A stretch of 64,000 bases of DNA, taken from the NCBI GenBank assembly GCA_963768855.1, contig CAVYJM010000018.1, forward strand, positions 96,001 to 160,000, given 5' to 3'. A model generated the notes under the pieces. The model searched no databases and had not been told where the DNA came from. It saw only the letters and a list, made by a program, of their open reading frames with translations. The DNA is from an uncultured Thermoplasmata archaeon. Lineage in GTDB: Archaea; Thermoplasmatota; Thermoplasmata; RBG-16-68-12. Both the position numbers and the translations under genes were made by a program. Shown in pieces: positions 37,936-47,841 of the stretch (within the stretch, counting starts at the first letter, position 1; the number at the start of each line of letters is the position of its first letter).

Positions 37936-38955
37936 TCAGCTGAAGGCGTAGGACACGAGGTCCAGTTCGACGCGCGGCCTGTCGAAGAGTCCAGACCCGA
38001 AATCCGCCCGAACGACGTTCCCGGCCTGGGCGCTGAACCAGGCCGTCGCGAACGATCGGGGCATCTCGAAGTCCATCTCCCCGGTCAGGTTCATCATCGC
38101 GCTTGCATCCCGATCCGGAATCTCTCCGAACCGGAGACCGTGCGAGGCCCACGCCGGGAGGGCACGGAACGTGCCCGCGGGCGTCGTCACGTTCTCGAAG
38201 AAGCCCGTGTGCATCGCGACGTCCACCGGAATCGTGAAGTTCGCGAAGTGGTCCGCCTCGTACGTGACGTTCGGTCCGAGGATCCGGAACGCGGACGCAT
38301 AGTGGATCGTGGCGTTCGAGCTCGCGTTCCACGAGGCGTTCTCCTCGAGCGGGAACTGCCAGATCGCAAGGGGTGGGGCATACCAGACCTGGGTCGTCGC
38401 GTCGTAGCTCAGGGAATACGTCGTGTTCGCGAGCATGCCGTACCAGCCCGATAGGCCGTCCCATAGCGTCCAGTTGCGATCCAGGTGCACCGTCTTCAGG
38501 GAGTAGATCGGGGCGAGGTCCGACTGGCGTAGCCAGACGAACCCGGACGTCTTCACCGCGGGCATCGAGAGGGACTGGACCGTCGGCTCCGTCGACAGCA
38601 TCGCCGGCGGAGATTCGAACCCGAAGCTTCCGTCAAGCGTGACGTTCCATGCCTCGCCGGACGGCGTGGAGACGCTGCTCACGACCGTTTCGGTGAGCGT
38701 CCCGACGACGAACGACTCATTCGAGACTGTCGCCACGGGCATCATCGTGACCGGAAGGATTTCTTTCTCTCCCGTCGAGGTCAGCGAAACGTTGTAGGTC
38801 CAGCGGTCCCCGACGTTCCAAGCAGGGGCCGAGACCGACGTCGAGGGCGGACCTTGGGAGAGGCCTGTCAGAATCCCCGGCGCGATCGCCAGCGAGGCGA
38901 CCACAAGGACTAGCACCAACGTGGGCAGGGCGATTACCAGAAGGCTCTTTCGCAT
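37936..38955 (-). CDS. Secreted/membrane-anchored beta-rich protein, paralog 2
   Basis: PAWNVGDRWTYNV, WQFPLEENASW, VTTPAGTF, WFSAQAGNVV; clearly paralogous to 36778-37764. Confidence 0.78.
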   Translation of the reverse strand: MRKSLLVIALPTLVLVLVVASLAIAPGILTGLSQGPPSTSVSAPAWNVGDRWTYNVSLTSTGEKEILPVTMMPVATVSNESFVVGTLTETVVSSVSTPSGEAWNVTLDGSFGFESPPAMLSTEPTVQSLSMPAVKTSGFVWLRQSDLAPIYSLKTVHLDRNWTLWDGLSGWYGMLANTTYSLSYDATTQVWYAPPLAIWQFPLEENASWNASSNATIHYASAFRILGPNVTYEADHFANFTIPVDVAMHTGFFENVTTPAGTFRALPAWASHGLRFGEIPDRDASAMMNLTGEMDFEMPRSFATAWFSAQAGNVVRADFGSGLFDRPRVELDLVSYAFS

Positions 38956-39078
38956 CGTGCTCCGCCTCCTCGCAAGACTCGATAGGCATCAGATCGGGAG
39001 GCTATTTCCCGCTTATTGGACGCCTGTGGAAGACCGGCCGCACTCCCGGACTTCGGTGTCCCGAAACGCGGAGCCGGA

Positions 39079-39690
39079 TCAGTGGCGAGCGGGCTGCCGG
39101 ATCACCGTCTTGAGCTTCTCCGGCGCGGAACGTCGCGGGTCGCCGAGGTAAATCTCGTGGTGCTTCCCCGAGAGGCGGTAGCCGCTCTCGCGGATGAACG
39201 CGTGAACCCGCTCGATCGTCGGGCGCTCCGCGGAGTACGGGCCGATGTACATGATCTGGGCCACCGTGCCCTCCCGCCACCGCTCGAAGCGGACCTTCGT
39301 CAAGGCGGGCGGATCCTTCTTCTCGCGCAACTGGGACGCCGCGTCCTCGAAGTCTTTGCGCCTGACCACGTCGGGCTGCATGATCAGGGAGGTCCACTTC
39401 CACTCATCTTTCGCATCGATGGAGAACCCGCCATCGTCCTCCGTCCACCACAGGCTCTCCAGTGGGCCTGCCTTGTAGTCCGCGACGCCGGCGTGCTTGA
39501 GCATGAACTTGAGTGTGTACGAGACGCCGAAGAGCGCTTCGAGCGCCTGGATGTAGTCCGGACTTCCGTTCGGGTTCCCGACCCCATCGACCATGGCGAA
39601 CTGCATCGCGGGCACATCCACGAGGACGACGTCCTTTGCGCCGGGAAGGTACAGGTGCCCGAACTCCTTCTTGAAATCGATCTTCTTCAT
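39079..39690 (-). CDS. GyrI-like small-molecule-binding protein
   Basis: KIDFKKE..LY, GVGNPN, PLESLWW, QIMYIGPYSAE, KHHEIYLGDPRR. Confidence 0.88.
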   Translation of the reverse strand: MKKIDFKKEFGHLYLPGAKDVVLVDVPAMQFAMVDGVGNPNGSPDYIQALEALFGVSYTLKFMLKHAGVADYKAGPLESLWWTEDDGGFSIDAKDEWKWTSLIMQPDVVRRKDFEDAASQLREKKDPPALTKVRFERWREGTVAQIMYIGPYSAERPTIERVHAFIRESGYRLSGKHHEIYLGDPRRSAPEKLKTVIRQPARH

Positions 39691-39857
39691 TGCGGCCACG
39701 CCCCCTGAGACTCGCGGTCCCAAGGAGAGCACCACGGCCGCCATGTAGGATTCGCAACGGCCATGCCGGACGGTACATACCGCGACGAGGCCGGATGCGT
39801 CGGAAAGGGAGGCGTCGCAAACCTTTAAGCGCACGAGGTCATCGAGGCGCCCCGTCC

Positions 39858-40025
39858 ATGGCCCGGATCCCGTGGTCCCTCATCGTCGGCCTCGTCATCC
39901 CACTGATCCTCATCGTGGTCAACCTCGTGTGGAACCTCGGCGGGATCTTGATCCTCATCCTGTTGTTGCTGTGGCTCGGCCTCGGCGTGATCTTCGTCAC
40001 GCCAGAGGACCGCGGGACCGCCTAG
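39858..40025 (+). CDS. 55-aa 2-TM membrane protein
   Basis: Hydrophobic ORF; AAACCTTTAAG promoter 28 nt upstream. Confidence 0.65.
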   Translation: MARIPWSLIVGLVIPLILIVVNLVWNLGGILILILLLLWLGLGVIFVTPEDRGTA

Positions 40026-40417
40026 CCTTCGAGGGAATCGCCGGAGACGCTCAGCGCCACCCATTCATCGATGGACTGCACGTCCTCCAGGAGGACCGTC
40101 AACATCTCACCTTGTTCGTCCTCTACGATCAGGGAATCGAGAACGTCCTCGGCCTCCACGGTGTCCCGCACGACGCCGAGGAACTCTCCGTCGCTGTCCA
40201 CGACGTTCAGCCCCGCGAGAATCTCGACGAGCGGCCCCTTGAGCGTCACCTTGTCCGCGATCGACCCTAGGTACCGCCGCCCGAGGCGCAGGGTGCCCGT
40301 GGACCCGTCCCCGATCACGAGGAAGGCCTCTTCTTCCGAGGAGACGTACCCGAGCTCGATCCCGTCTGGGTCCACCACCGCCATCCCGATGAGGGATGCA
40401 CCCCTTCGAGCTGCCAA
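40022..40417 (-). CDS. Tandem PRC-barrel-like protein
   Basis: Two repeats, GMAVVDPDGIELGYV and GLNVVDSDGEFLGVV; start may be 40384. Confidence 0.7.
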   Translation of the reverse strand: MAARRGASLIGMAVVDPDGIELGYVSSEEEAFLVIGDGSTGTLRLGRRYLGSIADKVTLKGPLVEILAGLNVVDSDGEFLGVVRDTVEAEDVLDSLIVEDEQGEMLTVLLEDVQSIDEWVALSVSGDSLEG

Positions 40418-40647
40418 CCCATGACCTCCCCGGACCGCCCCGGCGGGACGGTCGGGTCAGCGGCCGATGAAACCGGGCCTACTTGAAGCTTTTCGGCATG
40501 CCGCCGTTCCCGCGGACGAGGCGGCCCGAGAGGGCTATATCGTTATCGCCCTCGATATCGAGGGCGCTTCTTTTATACCCGAAACCCCGCCATCGCGACG
40601 GTCGTCCCTCCTCTCCTATACAGGGGAGAATCGACTCGGTCGGTAGC

Positions 40648-43600
40648 ATGCCGCGATGCGTCCTCTGCGAATCCGAAGTCCCCGACGGGCGGACCACATG
40701 CGACGCCTGCGGACAGCCGCTCGATCGGCCCGTGACCGGCGCGGCCTCGGCCGGCGCGGTCCGCAAGGCCCTCGAGGGAGCGCGCAAGGACCTCGCCGCG
40801 GCCACCCATGACCGCGTGGACATCGCCTTCGCCCGGGGACTCGTGGAGCGGGCGGAGCAGACGGAGGCGGCCGGGGAGCTCGGACGCGCCCTGGACCTGG
40901 CCCGCGCCTCCCGGCGGGCGATCGACCTCACGAAGCGCCGCGCGCGCGTCGCGGACGCTTTGGCCCGAGCGGAGGCCGTCCTCGCGGGGGCCAAGCAGGC
41001 CGGCATCGAGACGACCGCCTTCGAGTGGAACATCGCGAAGGCGAAGGCCCGCGCCAACACGGGCGACGCGGCAGGGGCCGAGAAGCTCCTGCGCCGCATC
41101 TCCATCCGCACCCTCGACCAGCGTCGGGAGCGGCTCCTCCAGAAAGTCCTCGACAACGCCCAGGCCCGCGTGAACTACGCACGGGAGCGTGGAGGCAGCG
41201 TCATGGACGCCGAGGCGGTCCTCGCCGACGCCCGGGAGGCACTCGCCCTCCGCGACTACGCGAAGATCCGACCCCTCACCGCCAAGGCGATCGAGAAGGC
41301 GGAGGCCGCCCGGAAGTACGCCCGAGCGGAACGGATCCTGGACGGCGCGGCCGTCGAGGTGGACTCCGCCCGGAAGGCGGGCGTCAACATCACCGATTCC
41401 CGAAAGCATCTCACGAGCGCCCGCGATGCCCTGAGGAAAGGCGTCTTCGCGGACGTCCAGACCCTCGCGCAGAAGGCCCGGCACGGGCTGCAAGAGGCCC
41501 GGCGCCGCGCCGCCGCGGAGGGCGTGCTCCGCGAGGCCGAGCGGGAGACAGGCCGGGAAGGGCACAAGGGCGTCGATGTCACTCATGCGGAGGCCTTCCT
41601 CCAGGAAGGCGGCAAGGCCCTGCAGAACCGGGACTACCCGAAGGTCCGCGAGAACGCGGCGGACGCCCATGATGCCGTGCGGGAAGCGGTCCTCCTGAAG
41701 CGTGTGGAGGACTCCCTAGCTGCGCTGCGTCTCGACCTCGAGGATCTGCAGAAGCTCGGCGCGGACTCCTCCGAGTTCGAGTCGGTCCTCGCCGACCTCA
41801 CCAAGGCGGTCGGCTCCCATGATCTCGGCGGAGCCCGGAGGCTCGTGGCCCATGCGCGGCACGCGGCGGAGACCGCCCGCGATGCCCACTACCGCGGCGT
41901 CATGGAGCGCTCCCTGAAGGTCATCCTGATCAACGCATCCCGCGGGCTGGACCCAGAGGTGGGCCGGCAGCTCCTGCGCCAGGTCGACGACGCGATCTCG
42001 CTCGGGAAGACCGTGGACCTCCAATCCCTCATCGACCAGCATCTCCAGACCGCGGACACGGAGACGGAAAGGAAGCTCAATGACCGCGTCCTGGTGGCGC
42101 GCGACGAGATCGTCAAGCTGCGCCAGGCCGGGCAGGACACCGTCGCCATGGAAGGGAAGCTCGCGGACGCCGCAATCGCGATCCAGGAGGGGCGGTTCCC
42201 CAACGCGGACGGCCTCCTCGACGCGGTCGAGCACGATTTCCAGACGATGCGCGAGACCCTCCGAGGCGAGGCCGCCGAAGTCCTCGGCCGCGCGCGCGGG
42301 GAAATCGACCATGCCCAGGCCGCCGGCGTCCCGGTGGATTCCCCCGTTCTGATGATGCTCAAGGAGGCCGAGTCGGCCTACGCGGAGAGCCGCTACGGCG
42401 ACACGGTCTACGTCGGCAAGTCGTGCATCGACGAGGTCCAGCGGATTACGACGGAGGCGCGGCAGGTCAAGGCCGCGTCGACCCAGCAGCAGGCCCGTGT
42501 GAAGGCGGAGCGGATCCAGGGGCTCCGCGACCGGATGCAGACCCTCGGCACGGAGGTCCAACGCCTCGTCGAGGAGAACCTGGACCTGGCGAAGGCGATG
42601 TCCCTCCTGTCCAGCGCAGAGCTGGCCATCAAGGACGACGACCTCGACCGCGCGGAACGGTACGTGTCCGCGGCGGAGGGACTTGTCGACGGGGCGAAGA
42701 CCGCACTCACGCGGGAGGCGACCGAGGCGATCGAGCGGCTGAGGGAGAAGGTCGCCGCGGCCCGCGACGAGGGGTTCCTTTCACCCGAAATGGAGTCGGG
42801 TCTCGCGGAGGCGGAGACCCACCTCAAGGAGGACCGGGCGGGCCACGCCCTGCGCGCCGCCAAGGCCCTGGAGCAGACGATCGAGGCGAAGCGCCACGAG
42901 CGCCTCGTCGAGCAGCAGCGGGTCGCCATGGACAAGGCGAAGTCCGCAGCCACGAAGTTCATCGCGGTCAAGAAGATCATCGAAGACCTCCGCAAGGCGG
43001 ACATCGACATCACCGGCGCGGAAGAGGATCTCCACAAGGCGGAAAAGGCGCTGGACGAGCGCGCGTTCGATGATGTGGACGCGATCCTCACTGAACTCGA
43101 CGAAACCGCCAAGGAGCTCATGGACGAGCTCGTCGCCGCGGCCCGCGCCCTCATCCAGCGGGCCGAGAGGCGAATCCAGGAAGGCAAGGAGAAGGGCATC
43201 GACACCGCAGAGGCGTCGGAGCAGCTCGCACGGGCCCAGGGTCACTTCGACCACACCGAGTACGCGGACGCCGTGGAGTTCGCGCGGGCCGCCGAGACGA
43301 AGGTCACCGAGGCTCTCAAGATCATCGAGGACACGAAGGCGCTCGAGGCCCGCCGGGCACAGGAGACGGCTCGCGGGGAGCTCCAGTCCCTCCGCAAGGT
43401 CATCGCCGACCTGGCGCGTGCCGACATCGCCATGGTGAACGCGGACGGCGCGATGGCACGGGCGGAAAGAGCCTTCGAAGAGGGGCGCTACTCCGAGGTC
43501 CACGCAGAGCTCGCGGAGACCAAGGAGATGGCCCATGGTCTCACGATCGGCCTCGAGGCCGCCGCTCGCGACCTCGTCGGGACCGCGGAGCGCGACGTCG

Positions 43601-46600
43601 AGGAAACCCGCACGGCCGGGTTGGACCCCGGGCGTGCCGCTATGGTCCTCCTCAACGCCCATGAAGCGATCGACGACGGCCGATACGTCGAGGCCATCGA
43701 GTACAAGAAGGTCATCGAGGACATCCTCACGGACGCGAAGCGCGTCCGCGCCACCCGATCCATGAAGGACGACCTGTCGGAACTCAAGGCCCGCATCGAC
43801 GCCCACGCGAAGCTCGGGGCCGACATGCGCATCCCCCAGGAGATCTGGGACAAGGCCGACGTCCGCGCCGCCCAGGGCGACCTGGAGGAGATGGACAGCT
43901 ACCGCAAGGAGATCTCCGAGGCGATCGATATCGCCTCGAAGGCCCACCTGGACAACCTCGTGGGCTCACTCACGCCCCTCGTCGAGGAGGGGACGGAGCT
44001 CGGACTCCGGACCGAGGACCTCGAGGAATCGAGACAGCACGCCTCGGAGGCGGCGCTCGCGGGAGACCTCGAGAGCGTCTATCGCATTAAGGGCGACCTC
44101 CAAGAGAAGGTGCTCGAGGCGAAGCAGCGCGCCCTCCAACGCCGCTCCCTGCAGGAGGTCCAGACCCTCGAAGACCTGCTCGTCCAGAGCGAACGCCTCG
44201 GGATCCCCGTCACGGATGCTCGCACGCGCCTCGACGAGGCGCGCCGCGCCATCGAAGCGGGAGACGTCCCCGGGTTCCAGAACGGCGTCGCCTCCGCGAA
44301 GGAGGCCCTCGATCAATCGAGGAACGATCACTTCATCAGCCGCTACCAGTCCCGCATGCACGCCGTGTCCGCGATGATCGCGAACGCGAAGCGCCTCGGC
44401 GCGGAGATCGGCGAGTCGGAATCCTCTTTGCAGCAGGCGGAGGACGCGGTCCGCAAGAACGACCTGGCGATGGCGGACATCCTGATCAAGCAGGCCGAGG
44501 TCTCCATCGGGATGCAGATCGCGAACTTCATCAAGAACCGGTACCCCAACCTGTCCCTCCACCTCCCGACCACGGGCTTGCAGGCGAACAACTGGAACCG
44601 GTACGTCTTCGAGGTCGAGAACAAAGGCAAGCTGCCTGCCCGCAACGTCGAGTTCGGGTTCGAGGGGGACATCGAGGTCAAGGGCTCGACGCCGATCGGC
44701 GAGCTCGGCGTTGGCGAGAAGAAGCTCGTCGAGGTCGGACTCAAGCCGGGGAGCTCGGGCGAACTGCCGATCACCGTCGATGTCGCCTACCAGCGGATGT
44801 TCGATGAGAACCGCTACGAGCTCAAGGACCGCCAGGCCGTCAAGGTCGAACCCGAAGGCACGTACCTCGTCGAGGACGTGTTCCTGATCCACTCGGACGG
44901 GCGGCTCATCTGCCACCACTCCCGCAAGTTCCGGGAGGAGATCGACGAGGACATCTTCTCCGGCATGCTCACGGTCGTCCGCGACTTCGTCAAGGACTCC
45001 TTCAAGCGCGCGCGCAAGGGGCTCGACCGCCTCGGCTTCGGCGACGAGAAGGTCTTGATCGAGCGGTCCGACCACACCTACCTCGCGACGGTCCTCGTCG
45101 GCGAGGAGCCCAAGCTCTTGCCCCTCTACATGGCCCAGATCCTCGAGGAGGTCGAAACGAAGTACGGGACCGTCCTCGAGAGGTGGACCGGCCTCCTGCA
45201 CCAGCTCGAGGGCATCGACGACATCATCAAGAAGCTCCTCCTGGTCGCGAGCGACCCCAAGGCGGACATGGGCCCCCTCGCGAACAGTTCGATCACGCTC
45301 ACCGCGAAACTCATCGACGCCCTCGGCGTCGAGCAGACGATGGAGGCGAACGAGCTCCTCAGCAAGGCCGAGTCCACGCTCGACACGGACGTGCGGCTCG
45401 CCCTGCAGTTCATCGAGCAGGCGAAGGCCCAGGCGGACGCCGCGCAGCAGCAGCTGCAGGGGAGGATGAGCGACCTCCTGGCGGCCGCACGCGACACGGT
45501 CGCGGAAATGCGGACCCTCGGCGTCGACGTCAGCCAAGCGGAGCTCCTGTTGCGGGAGGCCGAGGAGGCCTACAACGAGGGCAAGTACGAGCGCGTCCGC
45601 GAGATCCATGCCGGGCTGCACGAGTCCCTCGAGCGTGCCAAGGGCGAGATCGCCGCGAAGCGCGTCGAGATCGAGCTCGCATCCCTGATCAACGACATCC
45701 AGATCGCGAAGAGCCAGAACCTCGACGTCCGCGAGGCGGAATCGTACCTCACGAAGATCGAGGCTGCGATCCAGCGGAAGAACTACCGCCAGATGGAGGA
45801 CTACCTCCGGCGGGCCAAGGAGAGCCTCGCGCGCCAGCGGCGGCACACCGTGCTGACCCGCGCGAAGGAGGAACTCACCCGCCTCCAGGCGACCGTCACG
45901 GAGGCCAAGGAGGTCCATGCGGACCTCGGCGACGTGGAGGTCCTGCTGGCCAAGGCGGAGGACGCGCTGAAGGCGGAGGACTTCAAAGGGCTCGAGCCCC
46001 TCATCGACCGCGCCGAGGCCACCGCGAAGGCGCGGGTCGAACAGATCCTGCGGGACCGGTATCCGCGGCTCTTCCTCGAGGAGAAGAACGCGGGTCTCCA
46101 GGCGAACCGCTGGAACCGGATGGAGCTGCAGATCGAGAACAAAGGCGACTGGCCTGCGCGGAACATCATGCCCGTCGTCAACGGCCCCGCGGACGTGCAG
46201 GGCCTCCACAGCGTCGACAAGCTCGACCCCGACGAAAAGGTCTCCCTCGAGTTCGGCGTCCGCCCCCGGGAAGCGGGCACGATGGACCTGGACTTCGAGG
46301 TTCACTACTCGCGTCCCCTGGATGATGCGAAGCACCAGGTCACGGACTCGAAGGTCGTCCGCGTGGAAACCGAGGATGGGTACTCCGTCGAGGACGCCAT
46401 CCTCTTCCACGAGGGCGGGGTCCTCATCTGCCATGAGAGTCGGCTCTACCTCGCCCCGGAGGAGTCGGCGAAGGCGACGAACCTCCAGGCCCAGGCGAAG
46501 GCCCTCGTGACGAAGGCGTACGCGGACCCTGCCGTGAAGGGGGTCCAGCGCGCCCAGATGGGGGACAAGGACTTCTTCGCTACGCGCGGGCCGCGTGTGT

Positions 46601-47802
46601 TCCTGGTCCTCGCCCTCCGGGGCGCGGAACCGAAGACCTTGCCGCTCTACGCCGTCCAGGTGCTCAAGGAGATCCACGACCTGTACGGCATCCGCCTCGA
46701 GAACTGGAGCGGGGACCTGAACGTCCTCGGAGGCATCCAGGACCTCGTCCGCAAACTGCTCTTCGCGACCGAGGTCGAAGGCGTGTCCCTCGGCCCGCTC
46801 GAGGACACCCCGGTCAGCAAGATCGAGTTCCTGCTGGGCCGCGGGTTCCTTGGCGGCAAGGAGGGCGACTTCCTGGCGTCCGCCCGCGCCGCGATCGAGA
46901 CGAGCGGCTACGAGGCCGGGACGAAGATGCTGCAGAAGGTGATTGAGGCGACGGCCGGCCCCGCAGAGGAGATCCAGAGCCAGATCCAGCGCGAGGTCCT
47001 CACCGCGAAGGAGGCGGGGACCCTCCAGCTGTCGGACGAGCAGGTCAAGGCGTTCGTCGACGTGCTGCGGCGCGCCCTGGAGGCGAGCTTCCAGGCGAAG
47101 ATGCGCGCGGGGATCGAGCGCTACTGGCCCGTTTCCCGTCTCGCGATCAAGGCGGACGACCCGCTCGTCTACGATGCGGTCAGCGCCTTCCGGAAGATCA
47201 TCGTCGGGCAGAGCGGCGCGAAGGAGCTCGACATCATCCCGCCGAACGAGACGTGGCGGGGCATGAGGATCGACATCGACGTCCACATGGACTCCGTATC
47301 AGCGGCCTACAAGCTCTGGGCCAAGAAGATCGAGATCCTGCTCCGGTCCCAGGACGCCTGGAAGATCAAGGCGGGCCTCGAGAAAGGCGAGTACTCCGTC
47401 GGCATCGAGGGCCAGAAGGTCCGGATCGATCCAAGCATGGTCTCCTTCGTGGAGAGCATCCCGGAGCACGTGGTCGAGGAGCCCTTCGAAGGCGGCGTCG
47501 TCTTCCTCGACACGCGGCTGAACAAAGACCTGCTCGCGGAGGGCTACGCGCGAGAGATCGTGAGCATCGTCAAGGACTCCCGGAAGGAGATGAAGCTCGG
47601 CGACGACAGCGTCGTGGAGCTCGAGATCGTCGGGACGGCGGACGTCCGGAACATGCTGAAGCCGTGGCGGGACATGATCCTGCGCGAGTCGAACGCCCTC
47701 GAAGTGCGGTTCGGCTCCAAGGCGCCGCAGGACGCCTACGTCGTCGAGGCGGTCCTCGGGAAGGACACCTTGTACCTGGGGATCCGTCAGGCGCAGATGT
47801 AA
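40648..47802 (+). CDS. Giant (about 2,384 aa) protein: Zn ribbon, helical repeats, 2x(Ig-like + longin-like), IleRS-like C-terminal module
   Basis: CVLC...CDAC start; long A/E/K/R/L helical region; internal duplication RYPNL...NWNR...ENKG and RYPRL...RWNR...ENKG; C-terminal VFLDTRL...EGYAREIV. Confidence 0.85.
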   Translation: MPRCVLCESEVPDGRTTCDACGQPLDRPVTGAASAGAVRKALEGARKDLAAATHDRVDIAFARGLVERAEQTEAAGELGRALDLARASRRAIDLTKRRARVADALARAEAVLAGAKQAGIETTAFEWNIAKAKARANTGDAAGAEKLLRRISIRTLDQRRERLLQKVLDNAQARVNYARERGGSVMDAEAVLADAREALALRDYAKIRPLTAKAIEKAEAARKYARAERILDGAAVEVDSARKAGVNITDSRKHLTSARDALRKGVFADVQTLAQKARHGLQEARRRAAAEGVLREAERETGREGHKGVDVTHAEAFLQEGGKALQNRDYPKVRENAADAHDAVREAVLLKRVEDSLAALRLDLEDLQKLGADSSEFESVLADLTKAVGSHDLGGARRLVAHARHAAETARDAHYRGVMERSLKVILINASRGLDPEVGRQLLRQVDDAISLGKTVDLQSLIDQHLQTADTETERKLNDRVLVARDEIVKLRQAGQDTVAMEGKLADAAIAIQEGRFPNADGLLDAVEHDFQTMRETLRGEAAEVLGRARGEIDHAQAAGVPVDSPVLMMLKEAESAYAESRYGDTVYVGKSCIDEVQRITTEARQVKAASTQQQARVKAERIQGLRDRMQTLGTEVQRLVEENLDLAKAMSLLSSAELAIKDDDLDRAERYVSAAEGLVDGAKTALTREATEAIERLREKVAAARDEGFLSPEMESGLAEAETHLKEDRAGHALRAAKALEQTIEAKRHERLVEQQRVAMDKAKSAATKFIAVKKIIEDLRKADIDITGAEEDLHKAEKALDERAFDDVDAILTELDETAKELMDELVAAARALIQRAERRIQEGKEKGIDTAEASEQLARAQGHFDHTEYADAVEFARAAETKVTEALKIIEDTKALEARRAQETARGELQSLRKVIADLARADIAMVNADGAMARAERAFEEGRYSEVHAELAETKEMAHGLTIGLEAAARDLVGTAERDVEETRTAGLDPGRAAMVLLNAHEAIDDGRYVEAIEYKKVIEDILTDAKRVRATRSMKDDLSELKARIDAHAKLGADMRIPQEIWDKADVRAAQGDLEEMDSYRKEISEAIDIASKAHLDNLVGSLTPLVEEGTELGLRTEDLEESRQHASEAALAGDLESVYRIKGDLQEKVLEAKQRALQRRSLQEVQTLEDLLVQSERLGIPVTDARTRLDEARRAIEAGDVPGFQNGVASAKEALDQSRNDHFISRYQSRMHAVSAMIANAKRLGAEIGESESSLQQAEDAVRKNDLAMADILIKQAEVSIGMQIANFIKNRYPNLSLHLPTTGLQANNWNRYVFEVENKGKLPARNVEFGFEGDIEVKGSTPIGELGVGEKKLVEVGLKPGSSGELPITVDVAYQRMFDENRYELKDRQAVKVEPEGTYLVEDVFLIHSDGRLICHHSRKFREEIDEDIFSGMLTVVRDFVKDSFKRARKGLDRLGFGDEKVLIERSDHTYLATVLVGEEPKLLPLYMAQILEEVETKYGTVLERWTGLLHQLEGIDDIIKKLLLVASDPKADMGPLANSSITLTAKLIDALGVEQTMEANELLSKAESTLDTDVRLALQFIEQAKAQADAAQQQLQGRMSDLLAAARDTVAEMRTLGVDVSQAELLLREAEEAYNEGKYERVREIHAGLHESLERAKGEIAAKRVEIELASLINDIQIAKSQNLDVREAESYLTKIEAAIQRKNYRQMEDYLRRAKESLARQRRHTVLTRAKEELTRLQATVTEAKEVHADLGDVEVLLAKAEDALKAEDFKGLEPLIDRAEATAKARVEQILRDRYPRLFLEEKNAGLQANRWNRMELQIENKGDWPARNIMPVVNGPADVQGLHSVDKLDPDEKVSLEFGVRPREAGTMDLDFEVHYSRPLDDAKHQVTDSKVVRVETEDGYSVEDAILFHEGGVLICHESRLYLAPEESAKATNLQAQAKALVTKAYADPAVKGVQRAQMGDKDFFATRGPRVFLVLALRGAEPKTLPLYAVQVLKEIHDLYGIRLENWSGDLNVLGGIQDLVRKLLFATEVEGVSLGPLEDTPVSKIEFLLGRGFLGGKEGDFLASARAAIETSGYEAGTKMLQKVIEATAGPAEEIQSQIQREVLTAKEAGTLQLSDEQVKAFVDVLRRALEASFQAKMRAGIERYWPVSRLAIKADDPLVYDAVSAFRKIIVGQSGAKELDIIPPNETWRGMRIDIDVHMDSVSAAYKLWAKKIEILLRSQDAWKIKAGLEKGEYSVGIEGQKVRIDPSMVSFVESIPEHVVEEPFEGGVVFLDTRLNKDLLAEGYAREIVSIVKDSRKEMKLGDDSVVELEIVGTADVRNMLKPWRDMILRESNALEVRFGSKAPQDAYVVEAVLGKDTLYLGIRQAQM

Positions 47803-47841
47803 CGACAAGGCTTTACGCGCTCCCGCCGTTCGACCGCCGCC

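Noticed and set aside
40483-40647. N-terminal extension of the giant ORF; likewise track extensions of tktN, frdA, glmM, ABC ATPase, acs and GyrI
   Set aside because: Extensions are non-coding-like or overlap promoters; downstream starts fit the domain boundaries better.
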